Assembly: GCA_041798765.1 (NCBI GenBank)
Contig: JBHCAZ010000034.1
Coordinates: forward strand, 9,116 to 73,115
Reading direction: 5' to 3'
Length of the DNA stretch: 64,000 nt
Source: Parabacteroides sp.
GTDB taxonomy: Bacteria; Bacteroidota; Bacteroidia; Bacteroidales; Tannerellaceae
Both the position numbers and the translations under genes were made by a program. Under the pieces are notes generated by a model. It saw nothing but the letters and a program-made list of their open reading frames with translations, was not told the DNA's origin and did not search any database. Positions 63,469-64,000 of the stretch are shown piece by piece (position 1 is the first letter of the stretch; each line of letters begins with the position of its first letter).

Positions 63469-63573
63469 AAAACTTTACTCTTTATCATTGTAGTTGCTTT
63501 AGCAATTACCGGATGTCGTATCGTCAAACCCTCCTATCGGCCAAATGCCGTAGTGTTAGATTATACGGAGTAA
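63469..63573 (+). pseudogene. lipoprotein N-terminal remnant lacking a start codon
   Basis: KTLLFIIVVALAITGCRIVKPSYRPNAVVLDYTE* with lipobox ITGC. Confidence 0.55.
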
Positions 63574-64000
63574 TAAACGACAAATTTTCCGCCCGGATAC
63601 GCGAGCAGATCCGCGCCGGGCTCGAGCAGGCAGGCGGCGAATCGTCTACAGAATTGCGGGCCTCCTGGGCAAAAGAGATTTAACAAAAAAAACTTGCAAG
63701 TGCGAACCCTTGTTCGTATATTGCAAAACAATTAAATATCAAAAAGTCATGATCATTTTTTATGCAATACACTTTGTGATATGCCTCTTCTTCGCAATCA
63801 TCTTTGCAAAGAAGAAAAATTTCGATCACATATTTATGGCACTTATCCTATCCTTTGCAATGACACCCATCTTGGGGATTCCTTTCTATCGTTATATGAC
63901 CCCTTGATTCTGTCCTTTCGTCTGCATCCCATAGCGGTTACTTTAGCCCCCAAAAGGAACGGCTATGGCAAAATCAAGACTGACGGAAGACGAAAGCCGA
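63538..64000 (+). repeat. ~460-bp cassette, copy 2; runs to window edge
   Basis: Direct repeat of 61987-62450. Confidence 0.95.
63749..63907 (+). CDS. 52-aa two-TM protein, allele 2
   Basis: MIIFYAIHFVICLFFAIIFAKKKNFDHIFMALILSFAMTPILGIPFYRYMTP. Confidence 0.8.
   Translation: MIIFYAIHFVICLFFAIIFAKKKNFDHIFMALILSFAMTPILGIPFYRYMTP

Larger units (their letters stand above)
60100..64000. mobile_element. decayed island / prophage remnant adjacent to tRNA-Asp; continues past window end
   Basis: Integrase fragment, broken ATPase, broken antitoxin-like genes, phage gene stubs, lower GC. Confidence 0.8.

Noticed and set aside
61987-64000. DGR template/variable repeat pair
   Set aside because: Differences are not adenine-specific, both copies are coding and no reverse transcriptase is in the window

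Overview
Bacteroidales chromosome, Parabacteroides/Tannerellaceae-like by gene order and TAnnTTTG promoters. (1) 1-~8931: early/left-end region of a Mu-like transposable prophage (DUF3164-like gene, RecA-like ATPase, MuB, MuA DDE transposase, BRO antirepressor, Ner/Cro-like gene, S24 repressor, two morons, end repeats) inserted just downstream of secA. (2) ~9000-60055: mostly core genes (secA, lnb, rny, zapA, obgE, adk, hpt, nnr, glycogen cluster, susCD, ftsK-lolA-trxB, two ABC-F, cdd, lolC/E, lysA, lysC, hisHAF-IE, two tRNA-Asp), plus a diverged ~260-300 bp palindrome-rich intergenic repeat present twice and a small AT-rich islet. (3) 60100-64000: decayed island next to tRNA-Asp in which nearly every gene is broken except two copies of a ~460-bp phage-derived cassette, each with an intact 52-aa two-TM ORF; the flanks are ~95% identical but the proteins only ~67% identical. 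That cassette pair is the best candidate for an undescribed system, followed by tRNA-like mini-RNAs in the prophage early operon and a BRO cassette bounded by a duplicated gene end. All family calls come from motif recognition by eye, not database searches.
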